Shown in pieces: positions 42,761 through 51,974 of a DNA stretch of 64,000 nt. The stretch's first letter is position 1. Every line of letters starts with the position of its first letter. The notes under the pieces were generated by a model, which was not told where the DNA came from, ran no database searches, and saw nothing but the letters and a program-made list of their open reading frames with translations. Where the stretch lies: NCBI RefSeq assembly GCF_011045215.1, contig NZ_CP049201.1; one strand, given 5' to 3'. Position numbers and translations under genes: made by a program. This stretch comes from Escherichia coli (GTDB lineage Bacteria; Pseudomonadota; Gammaproteobacteria; Enterobacterales; Enterobacteriaceae).

Positions 42761-44128
42761 ATGGCTGAAATGTCTGTTCTCTGTGCATACGAAGCAGAGC
42801 AGGCCGTTCTGGGCGGTCTGATGCTGGAGAATGAACGCTGGGATGAAGTGGTGCTGATGCTGAGTCCTGACGATTTTTATGTGGCTCCGCACCGGGTCAT
42901 TTTTCGTGCCATGTCTGAACTGGCGGTGAATGGCCAGCCTCTGGACCTGATTACACTGTCAGAACTCCTGGAACATCAGGGCAGGCTGGACGTACTGGGC
43001 GGTTTTGCTTATCTGGCAGAGCTCAGCAAGAACACACCTTCTGCGGCCAACATCATGGCCTATGCAGGCATTGTGGTGGAGAAAAGCGTTCTGCGTCAGT
43101 TACAGGCCACCGGAAACACCCTGATTGCTGATGTGGCGGCACCGAACGCCACATCACGGGACGTGCTGGATACTGCAGAGCGGCGTCTGTTTGCTCTTGC
43201 GCAGAACAGGACGCTCCGGGAGCGCACGGAAGCCTCTCTTTCATCCGCGCTCGATACCGTTCTGCAGCAACTGGAAAGTGTGCTCGGTTCCGGCGGTGTG
43301 ACCGGTACCCCCACGGGATTTGACTGTCTGGATGAAATGACCTGTGGCCTGCAGCCAGGTGACCTGGTCCTGCTGGCTGCCCGTCCGTCAATGGGGAAAA
43401 CCTCTCTGGCACTGTCCATGTGTCTCAGTGCCGCCCTGCGGCGGACGGAAGAGAGCGTTCTGGTATTCAGCATCGAGATGCCGAAGGAGCAACTGATTCT
43501 GCGCATGCTTTCCATGCTGGGACGTGTGGAACTGAATCATCTGCGCAGTGGCAACATGGATGATGAGGACTGGACGAGGGTGTCATCTGCGGTTGGCATG
43601 GCGCTGGGTGACGGAGGCATGGATGCGCTGGGTGAGCGCCTGATAATTGATGACTGCAGCCAGCAGACACCGTCATCGCTGCGTGCCAGTGCCCGCCGTT
43701 ATACCCGCCTGTACGGTAAACCCGCTCTGATTATGGTGGATTATCTGCAGCTGATTCGTGCGCCGGAGCTGGAGAACCGCACCCAGGAAATTGCTGAAAT
43801 TTCCCGTTCCCTGAAAGCGCTGGGGAAGGAGCTGGGATGTCCGGTGCTGGCCCTCTCCCAGCTTAATCGTCAGGTGGAACAGCGTGCAGATAAACGCCCC
43901 AATAACGGTGACCTGCGTGATTCCGGGGCACTGGAGCAGGATGCTGACCTGATTATGTTTATTTACCGCGACGAGGTCTATAACCCCGATTCACTGGCAA
44001 AGGGGGAGGCTGAAATTATTGTCAGCAAGCAGCGTCAGGGGCCCACAGGCACGGTGCGGGTCAGGTTCGACGGTCGTTACACACTGTTTACGCCCTCTGA
44101 AAATGACGGACAGGGAGGATATGCGTGA
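42761..44128 (+). CDS. DnaB-family replicative helicase (island-encoded)
   Basis: N-terminal DnaB-like domain and RecA-like domain with Walker A AARPSMGKTSLAL; start ATG 42761 preceded by gggggagggg; track ORF start 42596 is an upstream extension. Confidence 0.85.
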   Translation: MAEMSVLCAYEAEQAVLGGLMLENERWDEVVLMLSPDDFYVAPHRVIFRAMSELAVNGQPLDLITLSELLEHQGRLDVLGGFAYLAELSKNTPSAANIMAYAGIVVEKSVLRQLQATGNTLIADVAAPNATSRDVLDTAERRLFALAQNRTLRERTEASLSSALDTVLQQLESVLGSGGVTGTPTGFDCLDEMTCGLQPGDLVLLAARPSMGKTSLALSMCLSAALRRTEESVLVFSIEMPKEQLILRMLSMLGRVELNHLRSGNMDDEDWTRVSSAVGMALGDGGMDALGERLIIDDCSQQTPSSLRASARRYTRLYGKPALIMVDYLQLIRAPELENRTQEIAEISRSLKALGKELGCPVLALSQLNRQVEQRADKRPNNGDLRDSGALEQDADLIMFIYRDEVYNPDSLAKGEAEIIVSKQRQGPTGTVRVRFDGRYTLFTPSENDGQGGYA

Positions 44129-45804
44129 TGGCACACAAACCACTGAATCTCGGGGCTGCCATTATGCAGCCCGGTCGTCAGGCCAGTGCCGCCGGTAATG
44201 TGGTGGCGCTGGGGGAAACCCCCATGATTCTGACGCTGGACCAGTTGCGTCCGAATCCGGATAACCCGCGCACCACGCGCAATCCGCGTTATGACGACAT
44301 CAAAAACTCCATTCACGCCCGCGGGCTGGATACAGTGCCCAAAGTCACCCGTATGCCGGACAGTGAGCCGGATGTGTATATCTTCAGTGACGGGGGAAAC
44401 ACCCGTTACCAGATACTGACGGAACTCTGGAAAGAAACGGGGGACCCGCGTTTTTACCGTATTCATGTGCTGTTCAAACCCTGGCCGGGACGGCTTCAGT
44501 GTGTGATTGGTCATCTGGCGGAAAATGAAGTTCGCGGTGAACTGACCTTTATTGAGAAGGCACAGGGCATTCACAAGGCAAGACAAATTCATGAGGAACA
44601 ACTCGGCAGAAAAGTTTCCCTTCGTGAACTGGCGGATTTGTTAACCCATGAAGGGTTGCCGGTACACAACTCCACGATCAGCAGAATGGAGGATGCCCTG
44701 AAATATCTGTACCCCTGGATCCCCGACCTGATGGAGTCAGGACTGGGGCGACATCAGATTACGGCACTGCTGGCACTTCGTCAGGACGCAGAGCGTGTCT
44801 GGGGACAGTTTGCGCTGACGTCCGGCACGGACGCGGAATTTGACCGCGTGTTCGGGGAAAGCTGCCGGAAGTTTAATTCGCCGGAGCTGTGGTCACTGGA
44901 GATGTTTCGGGATGAGCTGATTGGAGATTTGTTGCAGGCGCTGCCACATCCCTCCCTGGACTATGACCGGTGGCTGTTGGAGCTGGATCCGAAAGAGCGG
45001 AACCGTCGTCACCATTTTGGTGAGCCGGAACCGGTGGTGGTACCGCCGTCAGTCCGTGACAGTGGCACAGGGCAGTCCGGTGCACCGGTATCCCGTATCC
45101 GGCCGGAGGTACCGGAAATCTCTGCCCCTGATACTGAGCCCGGACAGCATGATGTTGCCCGACCGGAGAACGCTGTTTCTGACACAGGCCTCACTGAAAA
45201 ATGCGGGTTTCCTTCCCCGGAGGAGACTGCAGACAGAGCGCCTTCTTCTGCCGGGAAAGTCCGGCGTTCAGAGATGCAGCCGGATATGTACGGCGGTGAG
45301 CCGGTCTTCAGCGGTGATGCTGTGGACGCGGGGATTGCCGGGGCCGCTGTGCCATCCGTTATGACCGGCGATACAGTGCCGTCCGGAACACCTGATGTAC
45401 TTCCCGTGTCTGTGACGCATTTTGCTGAAGGACGGGATGATATCGAGCATCTGCAGAATGAGGCCTTCCGGCTGGCATGGGAACTGGCTGAATCTGCCGG
45501 CTGTGCTGAAGAAATTGCCATGGACAGAGAAAGTGACCTGTCGGCTGGTTTCGGGACTGCAGAGGAGAAATGTTCGCCGGTGACGGCATTTCTGATGGGG
45601 CTGACCGGCGATGCGCCGCTGACAGTGTCTCCCGTCAGTCTGACAGACCTGCTGACAGGCGGCAGTGCGCCGGAAGCATGGCCACTGCTGGATGATGAAC
45701 ATGCCGTGAAGCTGCTGCGTCTTCTGAGTGTGCTGCGCCGTCTGCGCGCCCTGCAGCGCAGTGTGTTACCCGAAGATGATGAGGAGGATGAAAGTGATGA
45801 GTGA
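44125..45804 (+). CDS. ParB-like nuclease/partition domain protein (559 aa)
   Basis: N-terminal ParB-like region (LTLDQLRPNPDNPR...), long acidic C-terminus; start overlaps the helicase stop. Confidence 0.7.
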   Translation: MMAHKPLNLGAAIMQPGRQASAAGNVVALGETPMILTLDQLRPNPDNPRTTRNPRYDDIKNSIHARGLDTVPKVTRMPDSEPDVYIFSDGGNTRYQILTELWKETGDPRFYRIHVLFKPWPGRLQCVIGHLAENEVRGELTFIEKAQGIHKARQIHEEQLGRKVSLRELADLLTHEGLPVHNSTISRMEDALKYLYPWIPDLMESGLGRHQITALLALRQDAERVWGQFALTSGTDAEFDRVFGESCRKFNSPELWSLEMFRDELIGDLLQALPHPSLDYDRWLLELDPKERNRRHHFGEPEPVVVPPSVRDSGTGQSGAPVSRIRPEVPEISAPDTEPGQHDVARPENAVSDTGLTEKCGFPSPEETADRAPSSAGKVRRSEMQPDMYGGEPVFSGDAVDAGIAGAAVPSVMTGDTVPSGTPDVLPVSVTHFAEGRDDIEHLQNEAFRLAWELAESAGCAEEIAMDRESDLSAGFGTAEEKCSPVTAFLMGLTGDAPLTVSPVSLTDLLTGGSAPEAWPLLDDEHAVKLLRLLSVLRRLRALQRSVLPEDDEEDESDE

Positions 45805-46522
45805 TATGCCGCATCAGGAGCGTCTGGTCAGACGGGTCAGGAAACTGCTGGAGCTGAGTCGCAATAACAGTAATGCCCATGAGGCCGGGCTGGCGCTTGC
45901 AAGGGCGCAACAGCTGATGGCGAAACACGGTATCACGGAGCAGGATGCCGGACTTTCTTCGGTGCAGACGTCTTCATCACAGGGGGCACCTTCTGAGGCT
46001 GAAAAAGTTCCGGCGTGGATGTTTCGTCTGGTCATGGTGGTGTCACAGACATTTGGCTGCAGGGCGTATTACGACTGGCGGTTGATGCCCGGTGGCAGGT
46101 ATCGCCGGTGTGTGACGTTTTACGGTTTCAGTGAACGTCCTCAGGTGGCGGCTTATGCGTTTGATGTTCTGTGCCGCCAGTTGAGGGACGCAACGGATGC
46201 GTATCTCCGTACACAGAGCCGGCGGCTGAAACTGAGCACCCGCCGCGCCCGGGCCGCTCAGTTCCGCGATGGCTGGGTTCAGGGCGTTCGTCAGGTGGTG
46301 ATGCCATTCAGTGTGACAGAAGAGGAAAGCCGGCTGATGCGCCTCTGGCTGGAGCAGCAGGAGATGGAGACGGTGGACCCCCGGGAGGTGAAAGCCTGTC
46401 GCGGCGGTGACCAGGCCCGCTGGCAGGGGTATGAGGCCGGGAAAAATGCCTTACTGCATCATGGTGTGGGGGGAACAGCCCGCCAGATGGTGCCGGGGCT
46501 GATGATACGGGAGGCGTCATGA
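45797..46522 (+). CDS. Hypothetical ICE-associated protein (~241 aa)
   Basis: ORF overlapping the parB-like stop; start ATG 45797 or 45806; no domain recognised with confidence. Confidence 0.5.
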   Translation: MSDMPHQERLVRRVRKLLELSRNNSNAHEAGLALARAQQLMAKHGITEQDAGLSSVQTSSSQGAPSEAEKVPAWMFRLVMVVSQTFGCRAYYDWRLMPGGRYRRCVTFYGFSERPQVAAYAFDVLCRQLRDATDAYLRTQSRRLKLSTRRARAAQFRDGWVQGVRQVVMPFSVTEEESRLMRLWLEQQEMETVDPREVKACRGGDQARWQGYEAGKNALLHHGVGGTARQMVPGLMIREAS

Positions 46523-47097
46523 ATAACAGCTTATCTCAGGCAACCAACGGTCTGCTGATGCAACTGGTGATGGACCTCAGGAGCGGCTATCTGCGTCGCT
46601 GTGAATCTCTGGGACTGGCCCGGGAGGAAATGCAGATGCTGCAGGGACTGACCATTGAGGAAATCCATTACCTGTCTAACTCGGAAGTGTCGGTTATCCG
46701 GCTGGACATTAATCATGAAAACCTGCTGCGAATGCTGCAGCAGGCCCGGACGGAGCAGAAACGTCTGCAGCGCATTGACCGTGCCCTGGCGCTGGGTGGT
46801 TCCATTGAGCTGATGGCGTTTTACTTTGGACTTTCCAGTGTGGATGTTGCGGCGCGCCGGCGCATTGCCGGTATTGATGTTCGTCCGGGACGTGGTGTCA
46901 CGCTGAGCGATGAGGAAAGTGCAGAGCTGTGGCGGTTATGGCAGAAGGCGGGCATCACGGATGTGGAGAGTGCGGACGGACTGGATGTCATGATGCTGGC
47001 TGCGGAGCAGATGAATATCCCGCTGACGGCTATCTGGCATGCAGTAAGGGGTTGGTGCGCTGACCGGCAGACGGAGCCGGTAAGGAATGCGTCATGA
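46519..47097 (+). CDS. Hypothetical ICE-associated protein (192 aa)
   Basis: ORF translationally coupled (4-nt overlap) to the previous gene. Confidence 0.5.
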   Translation: MNNSLSQATNGLLMQLVMDLRSGYLRRCESLGLAREEMQMLQGLTIEEIHYLSNSEVSVIRLDINHENLLRMLQQARTEQKRLQRIDRALALGGSIELMAFYFGLSSVDVAARRRIAGIDVRPGRGVTLSDEESAELWRLWQKAGITDVESADGLDVMMLAAEQMNIPLTAIWHAVRGWCADRQTEPVRNAS

Positions 47098-47342
47098 AAA
47101 TGACAGAGCTGGCACCGGGCATTCTGGCCAGCCCGTGCGTTCCGCCGGCCTGCTGTCGTAAGGCGGTTCAGATGGTCATTCTGTTCCGGCAGGGTGTGCG
47201 TAATTACCGGCAACTGAATGACCGGGGGACCCGTTATTACAAGATAAACGTCGGACGTGCCTGGCGTCTGCTGAGCCGTAACCGGGGAGAGACCTGGGAA
47301 CTGCTCAGTCATGAGCGTTACAACAGCGCCAGACGTAAATGA
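47094..47342 (+). CDS. Hypothetical small protein (82 aa)
   Basis: ORF coupled to the previous gene by a 4-nt overlap. Confidence 0.4.
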   Translation: MKMTELAPGILASPCVPPACCRKAVQMVILFRQGVRNYRQLNDRGTRYYKINVGRAWRLLSRNRGETWELLSHERYNSARRK

Positions 47343-47415
47343 AGCGTGCAGGCCGGACCGGAGTATCGGGGCCGGCCCTGTTGACGACAGGGTATTGCAC
47401 AGGAAATTGATTCCC

Positions 47416-47691
47416 ATGAATGAGCTTAGCTGGAAGGCGTTAAGTAAGGCGGTAAAAAGATATCAGGATGTGCTGTCGTGGAGTCGTTCAGACAGACACA
47501 GTCCGGGCGCTGAGCGGGAATTAGCTGCTGCAGCCGGAAATATCAGGAAGGCCATTGGTGATCAGGAAATTGACGTGATTGTGGAACTGGTGACGGAACT
47601 GGAAGATGCAGAATGGAGAATTACAGTATACGGCACCCTCTTATTATGGACGTGGGCATTAATCGCCCTGTACATCCTGTATTACCGGTGA
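47416..47691 (+). CDS. Hypothetical small protein with C-terminal transmembrane helix (91 aa)
   Basis: ATG 47416 preceded by aggaaa; paralogous in its N-terminal region to the next gene product. Confidence 0.45.
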   Translation: MNELSWKALSKAVKRYQDVLSWSRSDRHSPGAERELAAAAGNIRKAIGDQEIDVIVELVTELEDAEWRITVYGTLLLWTWALIALYILYYR

Positions 47692-47705
47692 ACAGGAGAC
47701 AACCA

Positions 47706-48134
47706 ATGAACAGTATTCATTATCAGGCACTGCGTGAAGTTGCACAAAACTATCAGTCGACGCTGGCGTGGTATCAGGCTATCCCGGATAGCCCAAACGC
47801 TGAGGTTGATTGTGATGAGGCTTTGGCTGCGTTTAAGCGTCAAATCCGTCACAGGGAAGTGGATATTATCGCCGATCTGCTGGATGAACTGGAAGCCGCA
47901 AAAAAGCGTATTGCGGAACTGGAGGAAGAGAAAGAAACGTTGCGTCCGGTTGGTGTTATGAGCAGGAGAGCATTTTGGCGGCTTGAGAATAGAGGACCAC
48001 GATTTATTGCACTCTGGCCCGGACCGGGAATATACCTGCTGCGTAAACGTCCTGATGATGGCGTTATTGTTTACGCCAGAACTGACGCCGGCATTGGCGT
48101 GAAGCAGCAAAATGACGCAGGGATTAAGGATTAA
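47706..48134 (+). CDS. Hypothetical protein, soluble paralog of the preceding gene (142 aa)
   Basis: ATG 47706 preceded by aggag; shares motif IRHREVDIIADLLDELEAA with the upstream paralog (IGDQEIDVIVELVTELEDA). Confidence 0.45.
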   Translation: MNSIHYQALREVAQNYQSTLAWYQAIPDSPNAEVDCDEALAAFKRQIRHREVDIIADLLDELEAAKKRIAELEEEKETLRPVGVMSRRAFWRLENRGPRFIALWPGPGIYLLRKRPDDGVIVYARTDAGIGVKQQNDAGIKD

Positions 48135-48237
48135 TCGAAAGTGTTCAGCCAGCCCCCTGCATCCAGCAGGGGGCTGTAATAAGCATTTTTGTACCGGATA
48201 AAAAGCGGCGATATTGCCGCTACTGAATGAGGTGATT

Positions 48238-49482
48238 ATGGCGTTACCTGCGGAAAGCCTGATTGCGTATACCCTGGAAAAAATGAAGCACCGTATGACC
48301 ACCGGAGCCCGGAAGGAGGAGGGGCGAATACGCAGCGGACTGTTGTTCACCGGCAATGTGCACGATGCCATTCCGCGTCGTCTGTTGCTGGATACGCGTC
48401 TTTCACCGCTGGACAAGATGGCATGGATGATGATCCGGCTGTATGCGCAGAATAATGAGGGGGCCATTTTTCCTACTTACGATGAACTGCAACTGCAGCT
48501 GGCATCGCCGGGAAAGGGAAAAGCTTCCAGAGAAACCGTCAGCCGGGTATTGCTGATGTTGCGGATCACGGGCTGGCTGAGCCTGTGTAAACGGGTACGT
48601 GATGATAAAGGCCGGGTTCGGGGAAACATTTACGCCCAGCATGACGAGCCCCTGACGTTCTGCGATGCAGAGGCGATGGATCCGCGTTATCTGGATATAG
48701 TGGCAGAAGCCTGTATGAGCCGGAACCGGACCATCAGTCAGACGGCACGGGATATTCTTTGTGAAATAAAAAATGATCCGGGAATGCGTCACTATCACAG
48801 CCATATCAGTCAGCTGGAAGCCCGGATAGGAAGTGCCCAGACACCGGGGCAGATGGCTGCCCGTCAGCGGGTGACAGAGGACAGAATGCGGCCGGGTTCG
48901 GAAACCGAACCAGTGGTGAGAACACTGAGTTCGGCACCGGAAAAGCTGAGTTCGGAAACCGAACCGGGTAAAAAAATGGGGCAAAAAAGACAGAGTTCGG
49001 ATCCCGAACCATCAGGAAAATCAGCAGGTTATCACAGAGTCCGGGAACCGAACCATTACGTACGTAATATCACACACAGTGTGATTAAAAACACGTACGT
49101 ACTGCCGGCGTCGCTGACGGGGCAAATCAGGGAGGAAGATGCCATCATGCTGACTAGTCAGTTGCAGGCGTTGCCGGAAGCGCTGGCACAGGGGGTGCTG
49201 GAAAGCCTGTCAGGGATGCTGGGCAGTCAGTCACTGCAGAACCCGGTGGGCTGGCTGCTTGCAGTGCTGAAGCGTGCCCGGGAGGGAAATTTTTATCCAC
49301 CGAAACAGAAACAGCGCGTCGCTGCATCAGCCACCATACAGGCGGGAGCGGGAGGGCGCACCACTTCGCAGCCTGTTGTCACCCGGAAACGTACAGAACC
49401 CATTTCAGCAGAACGTCTGAGTGGCATTGTGGCAGGACTACGGGCCTCCCTTCGCAACCGTCCTGCGATGAGAGCCCGGTGA
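48238..49482 (+). CDS. Island replication-protein-like gene (resembles the SPI-7 STY4528-type family)
   Basis: ATG 48238 preceded by gaggtga; ~414 aa; immediately followed by the iteron array; family assignment from memory, unverified. Confidence 0.6.
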   Translation: MALPAESLIAYTLEKMKHRMTTGARKEEGRIRSGLLFTGNVHDAIPRRLLLDTRLSPLDKMAWMMIRLYAQNNEGAIFPTYDELQLQLASPGKGKASRETVSRVLLMLRITGWLSLCKRVRDDKGRVRGNIYAQHDEPLTFCDAEAMDPRYLDIVAEACMSRNRTISQTARDILCEIKNDPGMRHYHSHISQLEARIGSAQTPGQMAARQRVTEDRMRPGSETEPVVRTLSSAPEKLSSETEPGKKMGQKRQSSDPEPSGKSAGYHRVREPNHYVRNITHSVIKNTYVLPASLTGQIREEDAIMLTSQLQALPEALAQGVLESLSGMLGSQSLQNPVGWLLAVLKRAREGNFYPPKQKQRVAASATIQAGAGGRTTSQPVVTRKRTEPISAERLSGIVAGLRASLRNRPAMRAR

Positions 49483-49506
49483 TGGCGTTGTGATTCACGT
49501 TCACAG

Positions 49507-50076
49507 AGAGCAAAAATCAACCAGTGCTGCCAGTGGCAGCATAGAGCAAAAATTAGCCAGTGCTGCTCGGGGCAGCATAGAGCAAAAATTAGCCAGTGCT
49601 GCCCGGGGCAGCATAGAGCAAAAATCAGCCAGTGCTGCCCGGGGCAGCATAGAGCAAAAATCAGCCAGTGCTGCCCGGAGCAGCATAGAGCAAAAATTAG
49701 CCAGTGCTGCCCGGGGCAGCATAGAGCAAAAATTAAGCAGTGCTGCCCGGGGCAGCATAGAGCAAAAATTAGCCAGTGCTGCCCGGGGCAGCATAGAGCA
49801 AAAATCAGCCAGTGCTGCCCGGGGCAGCATAGAGCAAAAATTAAGCAGTGCTGCCCGGGGCAGCATAGAGCAAAAATTAGCCAGTGCTGCCCGGGGCAGC
49901 ATAGAGCAAAAATCAGCCAGTGCTGCCCGGGGCAGCATAGAGCAAAAATCAGCCAGTACTGCCCGGAGCAGCATAGAGGAAAAATTAGTCAGTGCTGCCC
50001 GGGGCAGCATAGAGCAAAAATTAGGCAGTGCAGCCCGGGACAGCATAGAGTGAAAATTAGCCAGTGCTGCCAGTGT
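49507..50076. repeat. Tandem array of ~15 direct 36-bp repeats, each containing the 17-bp perfect palindrome tgctgcccggggcagca (iteron-like; candidate origin or centromere)
   Basis: Unit agagcaaaaat(t/c)agccagtgctgcccggggcagcat repeated head-to-tail with few substitutions; first and last units degenerate. Confidence 0.9.
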
Positions 50077-50354
50077 CACCAAAGAACAAAAATTATGCTG
50101 CGTCAGCAGCATGGAAGGCGGCGGCACTGAATATCCTGAAACATCTGACGGTAAACCGCCGAAGCCCGGCGTCAGCCGGAAACGTCCTGACAGGATGCAG
50201 TGCTCTCCCCGGCCCTGCCAGACCCTGTTTGTTTCAGGAAAAAGCCTGTGTCACATAAAAGAACCGGAGTACAGAGGTAAAACAGAATACTTGCCGCCGT
50301 TTTTTCCGTCAGTATACTTTTTCGTGCTGAAATTCTGGCTAAGGAAAGATTTTT

Positions 50355-51101
50355 ATGACAAATATTAAAATTCTGGCATTCAGTGTGCTGGCAGCCTTTT
50401 CAGTGGGTGCCGCGCATGCGGAAAGTACGCTGACAGTGGGGGCCGGGGTCGGCGTTGTTGAACAATCCTATAAAGGGTATGACGCAAAGGCTTACCTGAT
50501 CCCTGCGGTTTCTTATGACAGTGATTATTTCTGGTTCCGGGGGCTGGGCGGGGGCTTTTATCTGTGGAATGACAGTGCGGATACGCTTTCTGTGACGGCA
50601 TACTGGGCACCGATGTATTTTAAACCGGATGACAGTAATGACCATCAGTTACGTCTGCTGGATGAGCGTAAAAGCACACTGATGGCGGGGATATCCTGGT
50701 CTCATAATACGCCATATGGTTTCCTGCGCACGGGGCTTGCTGCGGATGTACTGGATAACAGTAATGGTGTTGTTGGTGATGTGGCGTGGTTATACCGTTA
50801 TGTGAATGGTGGATTCACCCTGACACCGGGGATTGGTGTGGAGTGGAGCAGCCAGAAACAGAACGACTATTATTATGGCGTATCGCGTCGTGAATCTGCG
50901 CGCAGCGGTCTGGAGCGGTATAAAGCGGATAATGGCTGGTCACCTTACCTTGAAATCAGTGCAAATTACACCTTTGCCGGCAACTGGGGGATCTACGGAA
51001 CCGCACGTTACAGCCGCTTATCTGATGAAGTTAAAAACTCTCCCATGGTGGATAAGTCATGGGATGGACTGTTTTCCACCGGGATCACTTATCGTTTCTG
51101 A
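50355..51101 (+). CDS. MipA/OmpV-family outer membrane protein
   Basis: Signal peptide MTNIKILAFSVLAAFSVGAAHA, beta-barrel-like alternating pattern, C-terminal ITYRF; promoter-like ttgccg-N16-tatact upstream. Confidence 0.7.
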   Translation: MTNIKILAFSVLAAFSVGAAHAESTLTVGAGVGVVEQSYKGYDAKAYLIPAVSYDSDYFWFRGLGGGFYLWNDSADTLSVTAYWAPMYFKPDDSNDHQLRLLDERKSTLMAGISWSHNTPYGFLRTGLAADVLDNSNGVVGDVAWLYRYVNGGFTLTPGIGVEWSSQKQNDYYYGVSRRESARSGLERYKADNGWSPYLEISANYTFAGNWGIYGTARYSRLSDEVKNSPMVDKSWDGLFSTGITYRF

Positions 51102-51265
51102 TATCGGTATGATCTGATGCTCACCGGTGCCGGATCATGGGCACCGGTGTACTGAACTTCCCTTTCTTCCCCATTTTTCTGTGGCCTGAATCTGGTTTTC
51201 TGTTGTTCCTTCTGCGCTTCGTCCTGACGATCTCACTTTATCCCTGATTGTTATAAGGAACTGAT

Positions 51266-51964
51266 ATGAGTGAAGATAAACTGAACCAGAAAGATGTCCG
51301 GGCCGGCGCATTGCAGTCCTCGCTGTCCATTCTGTTACATACCCATTATGCCATTCGTCTTTGGGAAGGACGTTTACCCGGACGAAAGCCCGGGAATATG
51401 CCCTGGATTATGAGTATGCCGCAGGCAATAAAACGTGCCGGGGGGATTTACCGGGATTCCCTGGCGGATAATCCCTATGCCGATGAAGCGATGTGGAAGG
51501 TGGAAAATGCAATTAATGCTGCCAGTGAAAAAGTACATGCTCTGGTTGGCTGGCTGGAGCAGGTTCTGTGTGCCGTGCCGGCGAATATTACCATGACTGA
51601 TGTTGTATCCCGTTCTCCATTAAATATTGGGGTTTACAGTAGTTCTCCGCTGGGGTATCGCTGTGTCTGGCTGCTTGTGGGATATGATCAGATGGCTCTG
51701 AAAGCGTTTCAGGCATCCCACTTTGGCCTGATTTCCCGGCAGAAACGGGACGAGTTACTCTCACATGGCGGGTATCTTATCCGGAAAATTTACGGCATTT
51801 TAAGGGGTTATTATGCCATCCCTGTCACACGACAGGATCTTGAAGAAAAAACACCGGCGGGAGAACAGGCGATGGCACGCCTGGGGCTCCCTGATGCTGA
51901 GATTATGAATGGGCAGTTGCGATCATCATTTTCTCCTCCGCTGAAGAAAAAGAAGAATAAATAG
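51266..51964 (+). CDS. Hypothetical ICE-associated protein (232 aa)
   Basis: ORF directly upstream of topB. Confidence 0.55.
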   Translation: MSEDKLNQKDVRAGALQSSLSILLHTHYAIRLWEGRLPGRKPGNMPWIMSMPQAIKRAGGIYRDSLADNPYADEAMWKVENAINAASEKVHALVGWLEQVLCAVPANITMTDVVSRSPLNIGVYSSSPLGYRCVWLLVGYDQMALKAFQASHFGLISRQKRDELLSHGGYLIRKIYGILRGYYAIPVTRQDLEEKTPAGEQAMARLGLPDAEIMNGQLRSSFSPPLKKKKNK

Positions 51965-51974
51965 TGGGGGATAA

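Noticed and set aside
39897-42768. Long plus-strand ORFs spanning the triplicated repeat (39897-40649, 41026-41691, 42328-42768), including a conserved MLSVPSDRGRQTCRSENVQTVTGIL stretch
   Set aside because: They are Cys/His/Phe-rich and low-complexity, lack Shine-Dalgarno sequences, and run antisense to more protein-like minus-strand ORFs; conservation is explained by nucleotide identity of the repeat. A short plus-strand micro-ORF inside the repeat cannot be fully excluded
44873-45702. Multiple ORFs on both strands inside the parB-like gene C-terminal half
   Set aside because: The region is GC-rich and repetitive in composition; the plus-strand ParB-like frame is continuous with the N-terminal ParB domain, so the others are treated as shadows
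49507-50076. Possible CRISPR array
   Set aside because: The repeats are directly tandem with no unique spacers between them and no cas genes or leader nearby
49490-50127. Long ORFs on both strands (187 aa plus, 208 aa minus) with 12-aa repeats such as ASAARGSIEQKL
   Set aside because: They are artefacts of the 36-bp tandem array, whose period is a multiple of 3; each unit contains a perfect palindrome typical of protein-binding DNA, there is no convincing RBS, and both strands are open equally
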